Origin: Nannocystis bainbridge | Lineage (GTDB): Bacteria > Myxococcota_A > Polyangia > Nannocystales > Nannocystaceae | Direction of reading: 5' to 3' | Length of the DNA stretch: 64,000 bases | NCBI RefSeq assembly: GCF_028368995.1 | Contig: NZ_JAQNDL010000001.1 | Coordinates: forward strand, 480,001-544,000 | Part shown: positions 1 to 9,566 of the stretch, piece after piece | How positions within the stretch are numbered: position 1 is the stretch's first letter | Layout of the letters: each line of letters starts with the position of its first letter | Notes under the pieces: generated by a model | Database searches by the model: none | Seen by the model: only the letters and a program-made list of their open reading frames with translations | Told to the model about the DNA's origin: nothing | Made by a program: the position numbers and the translations under genes

Positions 1-807
1 GCACAGGTCGGGCGCGTCCTTGTCGACGCCGATGGCGAAGCTATGGACCTCCGCGCGAGGATCGCGGGCGCGCACGAGCCGGGTAGCGAGCGCGGCGATC
101 AGGCTCGAGTCGAGCCCCCCCGACAGCAGCAACCCGAGCGGCACGTCGCTCATCAGCCGCTTCTCGACCGCGTCGCTCAGCCGCTGGCGCAGCCGAGACG
201 GATCGCCGACCTCGCCCCCCTCGCCGCGCAGCCAGGCGGGCGCGTACCAGCGACGCAGGCCGCCGCTGCGCGTCATGAGGTGGCCGGGCGGGAACACCTC
301 GAACGACACGCAATTGTCGATCAGCGCCTTGAGCTCCGACGCGAACCACAGGTTGCCGGCGCGGTCGCGGCCGTAGTAGAGCGGCTTGATGCCGATCGGG
401 TCGCGGGCGACGAGCCAATCGTCGCCATGCACGGCGGCGAAGGCGAAGATCCCGTCCAGCGCCTCGACGCACGCCTCCCCCCGCTCCTCGTAGAGATGCG
501 CGAGGACCTCGCTGTCCGAGCCGCTGACGCACTGACGTCCCGAGCCGGCGAGCTCCCGAGCGAGCGCGCGGAAGTTGTAGATCTCGCCGTTGTGGATCAC
601 CGCGGCGCCGTCACGCCCGAGGATCGGCTGCTTGCCCTGCGCGGGGTCCATGATGGCGAGTCGTCGGTGGCAGAGCACCGCGCTGCCGAGGCGCATCCAC
701 AAGCCGCTGCCGTCGGGGCCTCGATGGGCCAGCCGCGTCGCCGCCGACTCCGCGGCGGCCGCGACGTGGCCGTCGACGTTGCCGAATACTGCAATGATTC
801 CGCACAT
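1..807 (-). CDS. asnB: Asparagine synthase (glutamine-hydrolysing), partial; runs off the left edge
   Basis: Hand translation from ATG 807: MCGIIAVFG (Ntn Cys2), AHRGPD, HRRLAIMD, HNGEIYNF, ARDPIGIKPLYY, FASELKAL, LLSGGLDSS. GGAGG RBS upstream. Missing from the ORF track because there is no stop in the window. Confidence 0.95.
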   Translation of the reverse strand, partial: MCGIIAVFGNVDGHVAAAAESAATRLAHRGPDGSGLWMRLGSAVLCHRRLAIMDPAQGKQPILGRDGAAVIHNGEIYNFRALARELAGSGRQCVSGSDSEVLAHLYEERGEACVEALDGIFAFAAVHGDDWLVARDPIGIKPLYYGRDRAGNLWFASELKALIDNCVSFEVFPPGHLMTRSGGLRRWYAPAWLRGEGGEVGDPSRLRQRLSDAVEKRLMSDVPLGLLLSGGLDSSLIAALATRLVRARDPRAEVHSFAIGVDKDAPDLC

Positions 808-811
808 GTCG

Positions 812-2140
812 TCACCTCCGTTGCGCGTCGCGCAGCGCTCGCTGGTAGAAGAATTCCGGCTCACCGCCGGCCGGGCGCAGCTCGTCGAGCCAGGCCGCGC
901 GCTCGTCGTACTCGGCGAGGAAGGTGCGGCCCACCCACGCCGGATCGCGCCCCTGCAGCATCCGCAGCGAGAAGCACAGCTTCCCGTCAGACTCGACCAC
1001 GCCGTCGATGGCGACCTTCCCCGGGGTGGCCGACATGGACGGGCCGCGGGCGGTGCGACAGAGGCCCGACACATGCCGCTGCGCGTCGGTGAAGATGGCC
1101 AGCGCCCGCGCGAGCGGGACCTTGAAGTACTCCTTCGGGCCGGTGTCGCGCTCGATGAACATGTAATACGGCACCGCGCCCAGCCCCACCTGCGCCCGCC
1201 ACAACTGCGCCCATACGCCCGGATCGTCGTTGACCCGGCGGATCAGCGGCGCCTGGCAGCGGATCACCGCGCCCGTCGAGCGCACGCGCCGAATCGCCGC
1301 GATCGCGGCCGACGTCTCGAACTCGCGCGGGTGCGACGAATGAGCCATCAATGCCAGGTGCATGCCTCGCTCGTTCACCTCCTCGAACAGCCGCAAGAGG
1401 TCGTCCGCGTCCGCGTCGCTGGTGAACCGGTACGGCCAGTACGCCAGCGCCTTGGTGCCGATCCGGATGGTGGTCAGCCCGGGCAGTCGGGCCTCGAGCA
1501 GCGGCTCGATCGTGCGGCGCAGCGCCGCCGTGCGCATCACCAGCGGGTCACCGCCCGTGATGAGCACGTCCGTCACCTCCGGGTGGCGGCGCAGGTACTC
1601 CACCAGCTGTTCGGCCTCTCGCGCGGCGAACTTGAGATCGTCGAGGCCGACGAACTGCGGCCAGCGGAAGCAGTACGTACAGTACGCGTGGCACGTCTGT
1701 CCCTGCGCCGGGAAGAACAGCACGGTCTCGCGGTACTTGTGCTGCATCCCTCGCACCGCCCGGCCGTCCATCGTCGGCACGTTGAGGGTGATCTGCCCGG
1801 CCGGATGCGGGTTGAGGCCGCGCTGGATCCGCCGCACCGCCGCCTCGATCTCGCTGCCCGGCGCCTCGGCGCGCAGCAGATCGGCGACGACCTGCAGATC
1901 GCCGGCGTCCAGCATCTCGGGCTGGGGAAACGTCAATTGATAGATCGGGTCGTCGGGGACGCGCCGCCAATCGATGAGCTCTTCGAGGACGTATCGGTTG
2001 ACCCGGAACGGCAGGACGCGGGCCACTGCGGTCAACTGCAGGCGAGTGTCGGCGGGCAGCGCGGCGATCTGGGGGATCGTCGCCAGGTCGCGCAACGTGA
2101 TCGGAGCATACGTGGGTCGTGGCGGTGTGGAATCAAGCAC
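812..2140 (-). CDS. KamA-family radical SAM/PLP 2,3-aminomutase-like protein
   Basis: C-terminal part of ORF 812..3709. HKYRETVLFF, CHAYCTYCFRW (CxxxCxxC), DVLITGGDPL, IRIGTK, PYYMF, PGKV (candidate PLP Lys). GTG start at 2140 with GGAGG RBS. Confidence 0.9.
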   Translation of the reverse strand: MLDSTPPRPTYAPITLRDLATIPQIAALPADTRLQLTAVARVLPFRVNRYVLEELIDWRRVPDDPIYQLTFPQPEMLDAGDLQVVADLLRAEAPGSEIEAAVRRIQRGLNPHPAGQITLNVPTMDGRAVRGMQHKYRETVLFFPAQGQTCHAYCTYCFRWPQFVGLDDLKFAAREAEQLVEYLRRHPEVTDVLITGGDPLVMRTAALRRTIEPLLEARLPGLTTIRIGTKALAYWPYRFTSDADADDLLRLFEEVNERGMHLALMAHSSHPREFETSAAIAAIRRVRSTGAVIRCQAPLIRRVNDDPGVWAQLWRAQVGLGAVPYYMFIERDTGPKEYFKVPLARALAIFTDAQRHVSGLCRTARGPSMSATPGKVAIDGVVESDGKLCFSLRMLQGRDPAWVGRTFLAEYDERAAWLDELRPAGGEPEFFYQRALRDAQRR

Positions 2141-2182
2141 GAGGCCTCCGTGCGCGCGGCGGTCCGCGCGGACAGGACCCGG

Positions 2183-2199
2183 AGCAAGCGGTGTGCCAA
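2183..2199 (-). promoter_or_regulatory. Sigma54 (-24/-12) promoter of the kamA-like/asnB operon
   Basis: Minus strand reads TTGGCACACCGCTTGCT (GG-N10-GC with TGGCAC and TTGC), about 43 bp upstream of the GTG. A sigma54 activator gene lies nearby. Confidence 0.8.
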
Positions 2200-2282
2200 G
2201 GGTCTCGAGACCACGCCGCGGGCGGGAGCAGCCTGGATCGTCGAGCGTCGGGGACGCGCCGCGGCGAGGGTCGCGCGACCCT

Positions 2283-2315
2283 GGGAAATTTTCCCGGCGG
2301 CCCGGCAATATGCCC
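2283..2315. promoter_or_regulatory. Putative enhancer (UAS): two adjacent imperfect palindromes
   Basis: GGGAAATTTTCCC (2283-2295) and CGGCAATATGCCC (2303-2315), about 85-115 bp upstream of the sigma54 promoter. Confidence 0.5.
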
Positions 2316-2386
2316 GCCCTGTCCGCGCTCCCCGCCGTCCTGGCGCGGTTTCCCAATTGGCGCGGACCGTGCTTCTCTTGGCCGCC

Positions 2387-3835
2387 ATGAACGCGTCCCC
2401 GCTCGGCTCCAAGCGCTGGCGTACGGGCTTGCTGACGACCGCGATGGTGCTCGCAATCGGCGTCATCGCCGCTCTCGGGGTGATGGACGAGCGTTCGCTG
2501 GTGTCGACGACGCGCATCGAGAGCTCTCGCGAGCCGCGCGTGCTGGCGGAGGTGCTGGCGTCGGAGTTCAGGGCCGGCCTGTCGTCGCTCGGCGGCGACG
2601 AGCCCGCGGGCGCCGGTCACGCCGAGGGCGGCGCGTGGCGCTTCGAGGACACCTCGCTGGTGATCGAGCCGCGCCAACTGCTCCACGAGGACGCGATCGC
2701 CAACGACGCCGATCACCGCCTGCTGGTGTGGGCGACCGCGACGGGGGACCCGCGGACCATCGACGGTGTGCGCGTGGACATCCCGAGCGTGGCCCACGCC
2801 GCGACGGCGGGCGAGAGCAGCGCGTGGCTGACCCCGAGCGAGGCGCATCGCCTCGGGCTGCCCGAGGAGCTCGCGGTCGCCGGCCTGTCCCGCGTCGACG
2901 ATCCGCGGTTCGGCGAGTGGATCGTCGCCGTCGTCAGCTCGACCGAACGCCAGCGCGCACGCGAGGCCCGTCGCTACGCCCGGACCATCGTCATGGTCAG
3001 CCTCGCCAGCCTCGTGGTGCTCGGCTTCGGGTTGGTCCTCCTCCGCACGCAGCGCCAGGAGCGGGCCTTCGAGCGCATGCTGGCGCGCGAGTCGATGCGG
3101 GCCCAGCAGGAGGTCCAGCTCGCCCGCGAAGGCCGCGCCGCGACCATGTTGACGTTCGCCGCCGGCATCGCCCACGAGCTGTCGACCCCGCTCGGCGTGA
3201 TCGCCATGCGCGCCGAGCAGCTCGAGAACAACGCCGACGACGATCGTGCGCGCCGCGGCGCGCGGGCGATCACCGAGCAGGTGGCGAAGATCCGGGAGAG
3301 CGCGCGCGGCTTCCTGGCGATCGCCCGCGGCGCGGCCCCGCTGCACGAGCGGTTCCCGGCCGACGACGTCCTCCGCAGCGCGGTCGCCCGCGTCGAGCAC
3401 CGGTTCGAGCGCGCCGGCGTCTCGCTGCGCGTCCAGTCGCTGTCCGGGCTGCCGTGGATCTACGGCGACGCGCGGCTGCTCGAGCACGCGTTGACGAACC
3501 TGCTGCTCAACGCGTGCGACGCGTCGCGCGTGCGCGGAGAGGTCGAACTCGGCGCGTCGCGGAGCGACTCGCAGCTCGAGATCGTGGTCAGCGATCGCGG
3601 CGGAGGCATCGATCCGGCCATCCGCGGCCGCATGCAGCCGTTCTTCAGCACCAAGGCGGAGGGCACGGGCCTCGGCCTGGCGATCGCCAGCGAGGTCATG
3701 CGCATGCACCGAGGCGAGCTCCGGCTCGACGAGCGCTCCGGCGGCGGAACGAACGCCGTGCTACGCTTGCCGGCCGAACCCATGTCCGACGATGCTCTCG
3801 CCGACGAAGCACAAGACGCGCATCCTGCTGGTTGA
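2387..3835 (+). CDS. Membrane sensor histidine kinase
   Basis: Two TM segments, H-box AGIAHELSTPL, N-box LTNLLLNACDA, G boxes DRGGGI and GTGLGL. Confidence 0.93.
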   Translation: MNASPLGSKRWRTGLLTTAMVLAIGVIAALGVMDERSLVSTTRIESSREPRVLAEVLASEFRAGLSSLGGDEPAGAGHAEGGAWRFEDTSLVIEPRQLLHEDAIANDADHRLLVWATATGDPRTIDGVRVDIPSVAHAATAGESSAWLTPSEAHRLGLPEELAVAGLSRVDDPRFGEWIVAVVSSTERQRAREARRYARTIVMVSLASLVVLGFGLVLLRTQRQERAFERMLARESMRAQQEVQLAREGRAATMLTFAAGIAHELSTPLGVIAMRAEQLENNADDDRARRGARAITEQVAKIRESARGFLAIARGAAPLHERFPADDVLRSAVARVEHRFERAGVSLRVQSLSGLPWIYGDARLLEHALTNLLLNACDASRVRGEVELGASRSDSQLEIVVSDRGGGIDPAIRGRMQPFFSTKAEGTGLGLAIASEVMRMHRGELRLDERSGGGTNAVLRLPAEPMSDDALADEAQDAHPAG

Positions 3836-5174
3836 CGACGACCTCGACATGCTCGAGGCCCTCAGCGACGGATTGACGGAGAAGGGCTTCGAGGTCGCGG
3901 CGGCGCGCTCGGCCGAGGCGGCGCTGGTGCACCTCGCGGAGGCGAACTTCGACGTGATGGTGACCGACCTGCGCATGACCGGGGCCGACGGGCTCACGCT
4001 GCTGGCCCAGGCGCGGGCCCTCAACCCGCAGCTGCCCGTGATCGTGATGACGGCCTACAGCGCGCTCGACACCGCGATCGAGGCCGTGCGCCGCGGCGCC
4101 TTCCACTACCTGGCGAAGCCGTTCCGCGTCGACGAGCTCCTCATCTTCGTCCGTCGCGCCTTCGAGGACGCCCAGCTCCGCCGTGAGGCCGAGGTGCTGC
4201 GCCACGCCCTGCGCGTCCAGCCGGGGCCGCCCGGCCTGCTCGGCGGCAGCGCGGCGATGCAGGAGCTGTTCCGCATCATCGACCGCGTCGCCGGGACGTC
4301 GGCGCCGGTCCTCATCACCGGCGAGACCGGCACCGGCAAGACCCTGGTCGCCTCCACCATCCACCAGCGCAGCGGTCGCGCCTCGGCGCCGTTGGTCGCC
4401 CTGAACTGCGCCGCGCTGCCCGAGAACTTGCTGGAGAGCGAGCTGTTCGGTCACGTGCGTGGGGCGTTCAGCGGGGCCACCTCCAGCTCCGCCGGTCTGT
4501 TCTCTGCCGCCGACGGCGGCAGCATCCTGCTCGACGAGATCGGCGAGATGGTGCTGCCGATGCAGGCCAAGCTGCTGCACGTGATCGAGCGCGGCGCGGT
4601 CCGCCCGATCGGCGGCACAAAGGAGCGGCCGATCGACGTCCGGATCCTCGCCGCCACCAACCGCGACCTCGAGCAGGCCGTCCGCGACGGGCGGTTCCGC
4701 GAGGATCTGCTGTACCGCCTCAACCTCGTCGTGCTCGAGCTGCCGCCGCTGCGCGAGCGCACCGGGGACCTGCCGGAGCTCATCGACCATTTCCTCGACA
4801 AGGCCCGGGCGCGCTACCCCGACAGCCCGGTCCGCAGCTTCTCTCTCGCGGCCCTCGAGCGGCTCCTCGCCCACCCGTGGCCCGGCAACGTCCGCGAGCT
4901 GTCCCACACCATCGAGCGTCTGATCCTGCTCGGTCACGGGGCGACGATCGAGGTGGCCGACCTGCCTCGCAGCTTCAACACGCCCCCGGACGCGCACCCG
5001 GCGTTCGACGCGATCGTGCCGATGCGAGAGATGCAGCGCCGATACGCCACCTGGGTGCTGGAGCAGGTCGACGGCATCCGCGCGCACGCAGCCCGCCGCC
5101 TCGGCATCGACGTCAAGACCCTGGGGCGGCTGCTCAGCGCGCAGGAGCCTGCGGACCTCGACATGAAAGAATGA
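3792..5174 (+). CDS. Sigma54-dependent response regulator (REC-AAA+-Fis HTH)
   Basis: [59 protein letters not shown]-terminal HTH. Confidence 0.95.
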   Translation: MLSPTKHKTRILLVDDDLDMLEALSDGLTEKGFEVAAARSAEAALVHLAEANFDVMVTDLRMTGADGLTLLAQARALNPQLPVIVMTAYSALDTAIEAVRRGAFHYLAKPFRVDELLIFVRRAFEDAQLRREAEVLRHALRVQPGPPGLLGGSAAMQELFRIIDRVAGTSAPVLITGETGTGKTLVASTIHQRSGRASAPLVALNCAALPENLLESELFGHVRGAFSGATSSSAGLFSAADGGSILLDEIGEMVLPMQAKLLHVIERGAVRPIGGTKERPIDVRILAATNRDLEQAVRDGRFREDLLYRLNLVVLELPPLRERTGDLPELIDHFLDKARARYPDSPVRSFSLAALERLLAHPWPGNVRELSHTIERLILLGHGATIEVADLPRSFNTPPDAHPAFDAIVPMREMQRRYATWVLEQVDGIRAHAARRLGIDVKTLGRLLSAQEPADLDMKE

Positions 5175-5330
5175 CGGCGCCGCGAGCGGCGTGCATGGTC
5201 GATCGGTCAGGCTGAATGTTCTGCTCGTCGCAGGCGGCGCGCAGCTCCACGAGCAGGTCTCGCTCCCGGGCCGTGATGCGCCGCGCGCGGCGGCCCCTGC
5301 GGAGCCGCTCGCGGCCTGCCCGTGCGGGTC

Positions 5331-7763
5331 TCAGGGCTTCGGCGGCGGGGCGAGCCCGGCCCACTCCTGGAGGGCCTGGATGGCCCGGGCGTCGAATTTC
5401 GGCGCGTCGCCGCCGAGCACGGGCTGGCGCACGCACGCGTCGCTGTGCTGGCACAGGTGGGCCGAGAAGAGGTCGGGCAGGATGAGGCCGTCGGCGGCGG
5501 TGCAGCGGCAGCCCGACCCACCGGTCATCTTCGCCGCGCCGTCGCTGCACTTCATGGCCGCGCAGCCGGTCGGGGACGTCGCCTGCGCCCGCGCCTGCAG
5601 CGTGCCGGCGTCGCCGACGGCGACGCCCACCCCCGCGGCGTGCAGGCAGCTCATGAATGCCTGCCCCGAGGCGGTGCTCGGGCCCTCCGCGGGCGGCGTG
5701 AGCCCCGGGGAGGGGGTGAGCCCGCCGCTCTTCGGCAGCGGCTTGTCCGTGCCAGGGCGGCAGGCCATGAACTCGGCGACCGCCGCCGCCGCCGCGCCGC
5801 AGCGACCCGGCCCATCGATCCCCGGCCGGCGGTTGCGCCCGCCCTTGCCCTGCGTCCGCCGCCGCTGCTCGGCCTCGGCCTCCTCGCCGACGAGGTCGAG
5901 GTAGCGCTCGACGTAGCCCCCGCGCAGCGACGCGCGGGTGGCCGCGTGCCCGTCGGCCTCGTTGAAGCGGACCCGCACGTCGCCCTGGGTGAGCTCGGCC
6001 GCGTACATCGCGTTCATCGTATTGGCGACGACGTGCACCGCCTCGTGCTCGAGCGTCGACTGCATCGTGCCGACGTCGGGGTGCACGTCGCGGTCGATGG
6101 TGATCCGATTGGTGGCGTCGTCGGTGATCCCGGCCGCGCCGTGGACATCCTTGCCGGCGATCCGGTCGAGCGACGCGGTCTCGACCGCTCTGGCCGCGGC
6201 CTCGGCCAGGATCTTGCCGTCCTTGGCGACGCGCTCGCGCAGCCCCTGGTAGTAATCCGCGCGCTCCTTGGGGAACTTCGAGCCGTCGATGGCGTGGTTG
6301 AGGCGCTCGCGGGACTCGGCCGCCGAGATGGTGTCCTGCGCGGCCTTGACGACGTACTTCTCGCCCTCCTTGGTGCGCAGCCAGTCGGCCGAGCGCTTGC
6401 GGGCCGTCGCGAAGTCGAGCTCGGTCTCGTCGACGGTGCCGCTGCTGCTCTCGGGGCCCGCCGGTTGGTCGCCGACGGTCCGGGGATCGCCGCAGCCGCC
6501 CTCGCCGTAGAACCCGCGCACCGGCAGGTCCTTGCCCTGCGGCAGCTTGCCGACCTCGAAGCTCTTCTTGCTCATCGCCTGCGCCAGGGTGCAGGCGCTC
6601 GTGGTCATCTGCCACGAGGCGACCACGGCGGCCGTGGCGGCGCAGCTCCCGATCGAGGTGCCCTTGCCGGTCGCGCCGAAGGGCCCGGGCCCACTCCCGC
6701 CGCCGGCGGACGCTCCGCCGCCGCCGCCCCCCTTGCCCTTGCCGCCGCCGCTGCCGCCCGCGCCCGAGCAGTTGCTGGCCCGCAGGGCGTCGCTCTTGAG
6801 GCCGAAGGGCGTGTGGTCGCCGCGGCCGCCCGGCAGCTTCGTCTCGCCCGTCGCGCAGCCGAGCCCGCGGCCGCAGGCCGGGCTGCCGCCGGCCTCGGCC
6901 GTCGCCAGCATCTCCGAGAAGCCGCACGCGCCGGCGCCGATGTTGCGGTCGCGCAGCAGCTCGACGAGGCGCAGGTCGACCACGTCGGCGCGCCGGCCGA
7001 TCATCTCGCCGCGGAGCGGGTCGAACAGGTACACGCTCTGCTTGTCGCCCGCGAGCGCCGCGGCGACCTCGGGGGCGACCGCCTGGGCCCACCGGTGCGC
7101 GGCGTTCGGGCCGGCGTGCTTGGCCAGGTCGACCGTGAGCAGCACGAGGTTGAACACGGCCACGCGAAAGTTGGCGAGGCCCGACTTGCCGAAGCCGTCG
7201 CCCTGCAGGCTCGCCTCGTACTGGCGCAGCGCGTGGCCGAGGATGTCGGTCCAGGCGGCGACCTGCCAGGCGGTGAGGCAGTTGAGCGCGTTCTGGTACT
7301 CGCTCAGCACGAGCATCGCCGCGAGCTCGTCCTTCGTCGCCAGCGCGGCGGCGTAGCGCGCGAAGTGGCGGCCGAGCCCGACCTCGGCCCGGCACTCGGC
7401 GCGGTCGCGCAGCTCGAGCCGCTCGGTCGCCCACGGCCGGTAGCGCGCCGCGCCCTGCAGCAGCGCCGAGAAGTCGAGGCCGGTGACGGCCCGCTGCATC
7501 GCCGCGTCGCCCTGCAGCGCGACCTCGGGCACGGTCCGACGCGCGAGCGAGCGGTAGGTCTTGACGCGCTTCCTGACGGCGTCGGTCATCGGCCTGGCGC
7601 CGGGGAAGCCGCGCAACGACCCGGCGATCTGGCGGTCGAGCGCCTCCATCTGCTGCACCTGTTCGCCCAGGCTCGCCGGCGCCGCCTCGGCGCGCGCGCT
7701 CACGGTCCACGCCAGGAGCAGCGCGACGCCGCTCCACCCACTGCTCGCAATTCGTCGTCGCAT
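5331..7763 (-). CDS. Large secreted hypothetical protein with HExxH motif
   Basis: Signal peptide MRRRIASSGWSGVALLLAWTVSARA, high GC3, Gly-rich hinge, STLEHEAVH, Cys-rich C-terminus. Confidence 0.75.
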   Translation of the reverse strand: MRRRIASSGWSGVALLLAWTVSARAEAAPASLGEQVQQMEALDRQIAGSLRGFPGARPMTDAVRKRVKTYRSLARRTVPEVALQGDAAMQRAVTGLDFSALLQGAARYRPWATERLELRDRAECRAEVGLGRHFARYAAALATKDELAAMLVLSEYQNALNCLTAWQVAAWTDILGHALRQYEASLQGDGFGKSGLANFRVAVFNLVLLTVDLAKHAGPNAAHRWAQAVAPEVAAALAGDKQSVYLFDPLRGEMIGRRADVVDLRLVELLRDRNIGAGACGFSEMLATAEAGGSPACGRGLGCATGETKLPGGRGDHTPFGLKSDALRASNCSGAGGSGGGKGKGGGGGGASAGGGSGPGPFGATGKGTSIGSCAATAAVVASWQMTTSACTLAQAMSKKSFEVGKLPQGKDLPVRGFYGEGGCGDPRTVGDQPAGPESSSGTVDETELDFATARKRSADWLRTKEGEKYVVKAAQDTISAAESRERLNHAIDGSKFPKERADYYQGLRERVAKDGKILAEAAARAVETASLDRIAGKDVHGAAGITDDATNRITIDRDVHPDVGTMQSTLEHEAVHVVANTMNAMYAAELTQGDVRVRFNEADGHAATRASLRGGYVERYLDLVGEEAEAEQRRRTQGKGGRNRRPGIDGPGRCGAAAAAVAEFMACRPGTDKPLPKSGGLTPSPGLTPPAEGPSTASGQAFMSCLHAAGVGVAVGDAGTLQARAQATSPTGCAAMKCSDGAAKMTGGSGCRCTAADGLILPDLFSAHLCQHSDACVRQPVLGGDAPKFDARAIQALQEWAGLAPPPKP

Positions 7764-8123
7764 GTCGACTCCTCGACCCGCTCGGGGGCCGCCGCGACAA
7801 CGTCGATTCGCCGCCGTCTTCCCGCGGTCGGGTAAAAAAATCGCCGGCGCGGGGGCCACGGCGCGCCGGCGAGCCGAATCGCGCAGACGCGAGGCGTGGC
7901 ATGCACGAATCCGGGTGTGCATATTCACCGTCGCGGGCCCGCCGCGCCGCGGAATCGCGCGCGGGCGATGGCGGCGGTGGTGTGGCGGCCGTCGCCGGCC
8001 GCGAGTCAATGCGTGGACCGACTCGGTGCATCCTCCCGTGCGCTCAAGGCGCTGGAGAGCGGATGGCGTCGCGCCTCCGCCCACGTCTACGTGGTCGGAT
8101 GACAGGACGAATCTCTGCCCCGC

Positions 8124-9359
8124 TCACTGCTGCACGCAGTAGAGCGCCGATTTCCACGAGCATTTTCCGCTCGTGCACCACTTCGTCCAGCTTTGGTTGA
8201 CCGCGTCGGCGTGGCCCCAGTACGCATTCGCGGTCTCCGACTGCCAATTCTCGCACGTGTCGTGGATCCACGACAGCGTGCCGTCGGCGGAGGTCCCGGT
8301 GTAGACGGTGGCATAACCACCACCGGCGCAGATGGTGTCGCCGATCGGCGCCGGGCCGCCGAGCTCGGTGACATTGATGGGAGCGTCGAGCGAATTGTCG
8401 GTGAGGTCGGCCCAGTCGTCGGCGACCTTGGTGCCGTTGGGCAGCACGTAGGGCACGTCGGCGTGGGTCATGCGCGAGGCGGGCGAGGCGGCGACGTCGC
8501 TGAGCCACGCCAGGTAGGTCCCTGGCAAACCGGCGGCGTCGGCGAGCTGCTGGCACCTGGCGTCGCCGCCGGCGAGGCCGCCGAGGTTGCCGGTGTACAT
8601 CTGGCTGGTGACGAAGACGAGCTTCTGCGCCGCGGTGACGCTGCAGTCGCTCTCGCAGCCGTCGCCATCGGCCCCGTTGCCGTCGTCGCACGCCTCGGCG
8701 CCGGCCCAGACCAGGCCGTCGCCGCACTCGGCGTGTTTGCAGGCGATGGTGCACGCGTCGGTGTCGACCGCGTTGGCGTCGTCGCAGTCCTCGGCGCCGT
8801 CGCGGACCTGGCCGTCGCCGCAGCTCGCGGCCTTGCAGGTGGACAGGCACGCGTCGGTGTCGTCCATGTCGCCGTCGTCGCAGTCCTCGCCGGGCTGGAC
8901 GAGGCCGTCGCCGCAGCTCGCGGGGGCGCACAGGTTGCTGCACGCGTCGTCGTCGATCGCATTGCCATCGTCGCACTGCTCGCCCGGGCCGAGGAGGCCG
9001 TCGCCGCAGGTCGCGTGCTCGCAGGCGCTGGTGCAGGCGTCCGTGTCGTCGGCGTTGCCGTCGTCGCACGCTTCGCCGTCGTCGAGTTTGCCGTCGCCGC
9101 AGACCGGGCTGGCGGGGTCAGGGGTCGAGGTGGAGGTGAACGGGTCGCCCGTCGTCGGGCTCTCCGGGTCGGTGTCGATCCCCGAGGTCGCGGTCGGCAC
9201 GCCCGTCGAGCTCGTCGTGGTCGACGTCGTGGCGGTGGCCTCGGTCGTCGTGGTCGACGGAGAGAGACCCTCGGTGCCCGCATCGCCGTCTCCGCAGGCC
9301 CCGCTGACGGCCAGGAGCATCACGCCGCCGAGCGCCACACCGCTCCGGTGTCTCTGCAT
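8124..9359 (-). CDS. Lipoprotein with Myxococcus Cys-rich (DUF4215-type) repeats and a C-terminal DUF1554-like domain
   Basis: Lipobox LLAVSGAC, Thr/Ser linker, five CGDG..E.CDDG repeats, then [22 protein letters not shown]...AWLSD...LYCVQQ. Alternative start 9419. Confidence 0.85.
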   Translation of the reverse strand: MQRHRSGVALGGVMLLAVSGACGDGDAGTEGLSPSTTTTEATATTSTTTSSTGVPTATSGIDTDPESPTTGDPFTSTSTPDPASPVCGDGKLDDGEACDDGNADDTDACTSACEHATCGDGLLGPGEQCDDGNAIDDDACSNLCAPASCGDGLVQPGEDCDDGDMDDTDACLSTCKAASCGDGQVRDGAEDCDDANAVDTDACTIACKHAECGDGLVWAGAEACDDGNGADGDGCESDCSVTAAQKLVFVTSQMYTGNLGGLAGGDARCQQLADAAGLPGTYLAWLSDVAASPASRMTHADVPYVLPNGTKVADDWADLTDNSLDAPINVTELGGPAPIGDTICAGGGYATVYTGTSADGTLSWIHDTCENWQSETANAYWGHADAVNQSWTKWCTSGKCSWKSALYCVQQ

Positions 9360-9566
9360 TCGCGGAGCAGAGGGCGATGCGACGAGGGCAAACGAGCGAA
9401 GGAGGAAGTTGCTGGACATGGTGGGCTGCAGGACACCCGGGCTGTCCGTGATCGCACGGCTCCGGGGTGGTGAGAAAGGATGGACGAGCCACGCGCCGGA
9501 CGGGCGCTCACCGCAAGGACGCAGCGAGGAGCCCGACCGTCTCACGAAATCTTTGGGCGCCCTGAC

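Noticed and set aside
590-3709. Very long ORFs 590..3835 (+) and 812..3709 (-) taken as single giant proteins
   Set aside because: Each is a real gene extended by the stop-free antisense of the divergent gene. True starts are near 2387 and 2140, with a promoter between them.
5134-8031. Overlapping 800-1100 aa ORFs here and at 16556..20026, 25636..27951, 28507..31044 and 40868..43210
   Set aside because: Arg/Ala/Pro-rich shadow frames expected in high-GC DNA; no motifs.
8610-9110. Recurring gccgtcgccgca units
   Set aside because: These encode the Cys-rich protein repeats and are not a DNA-level element.
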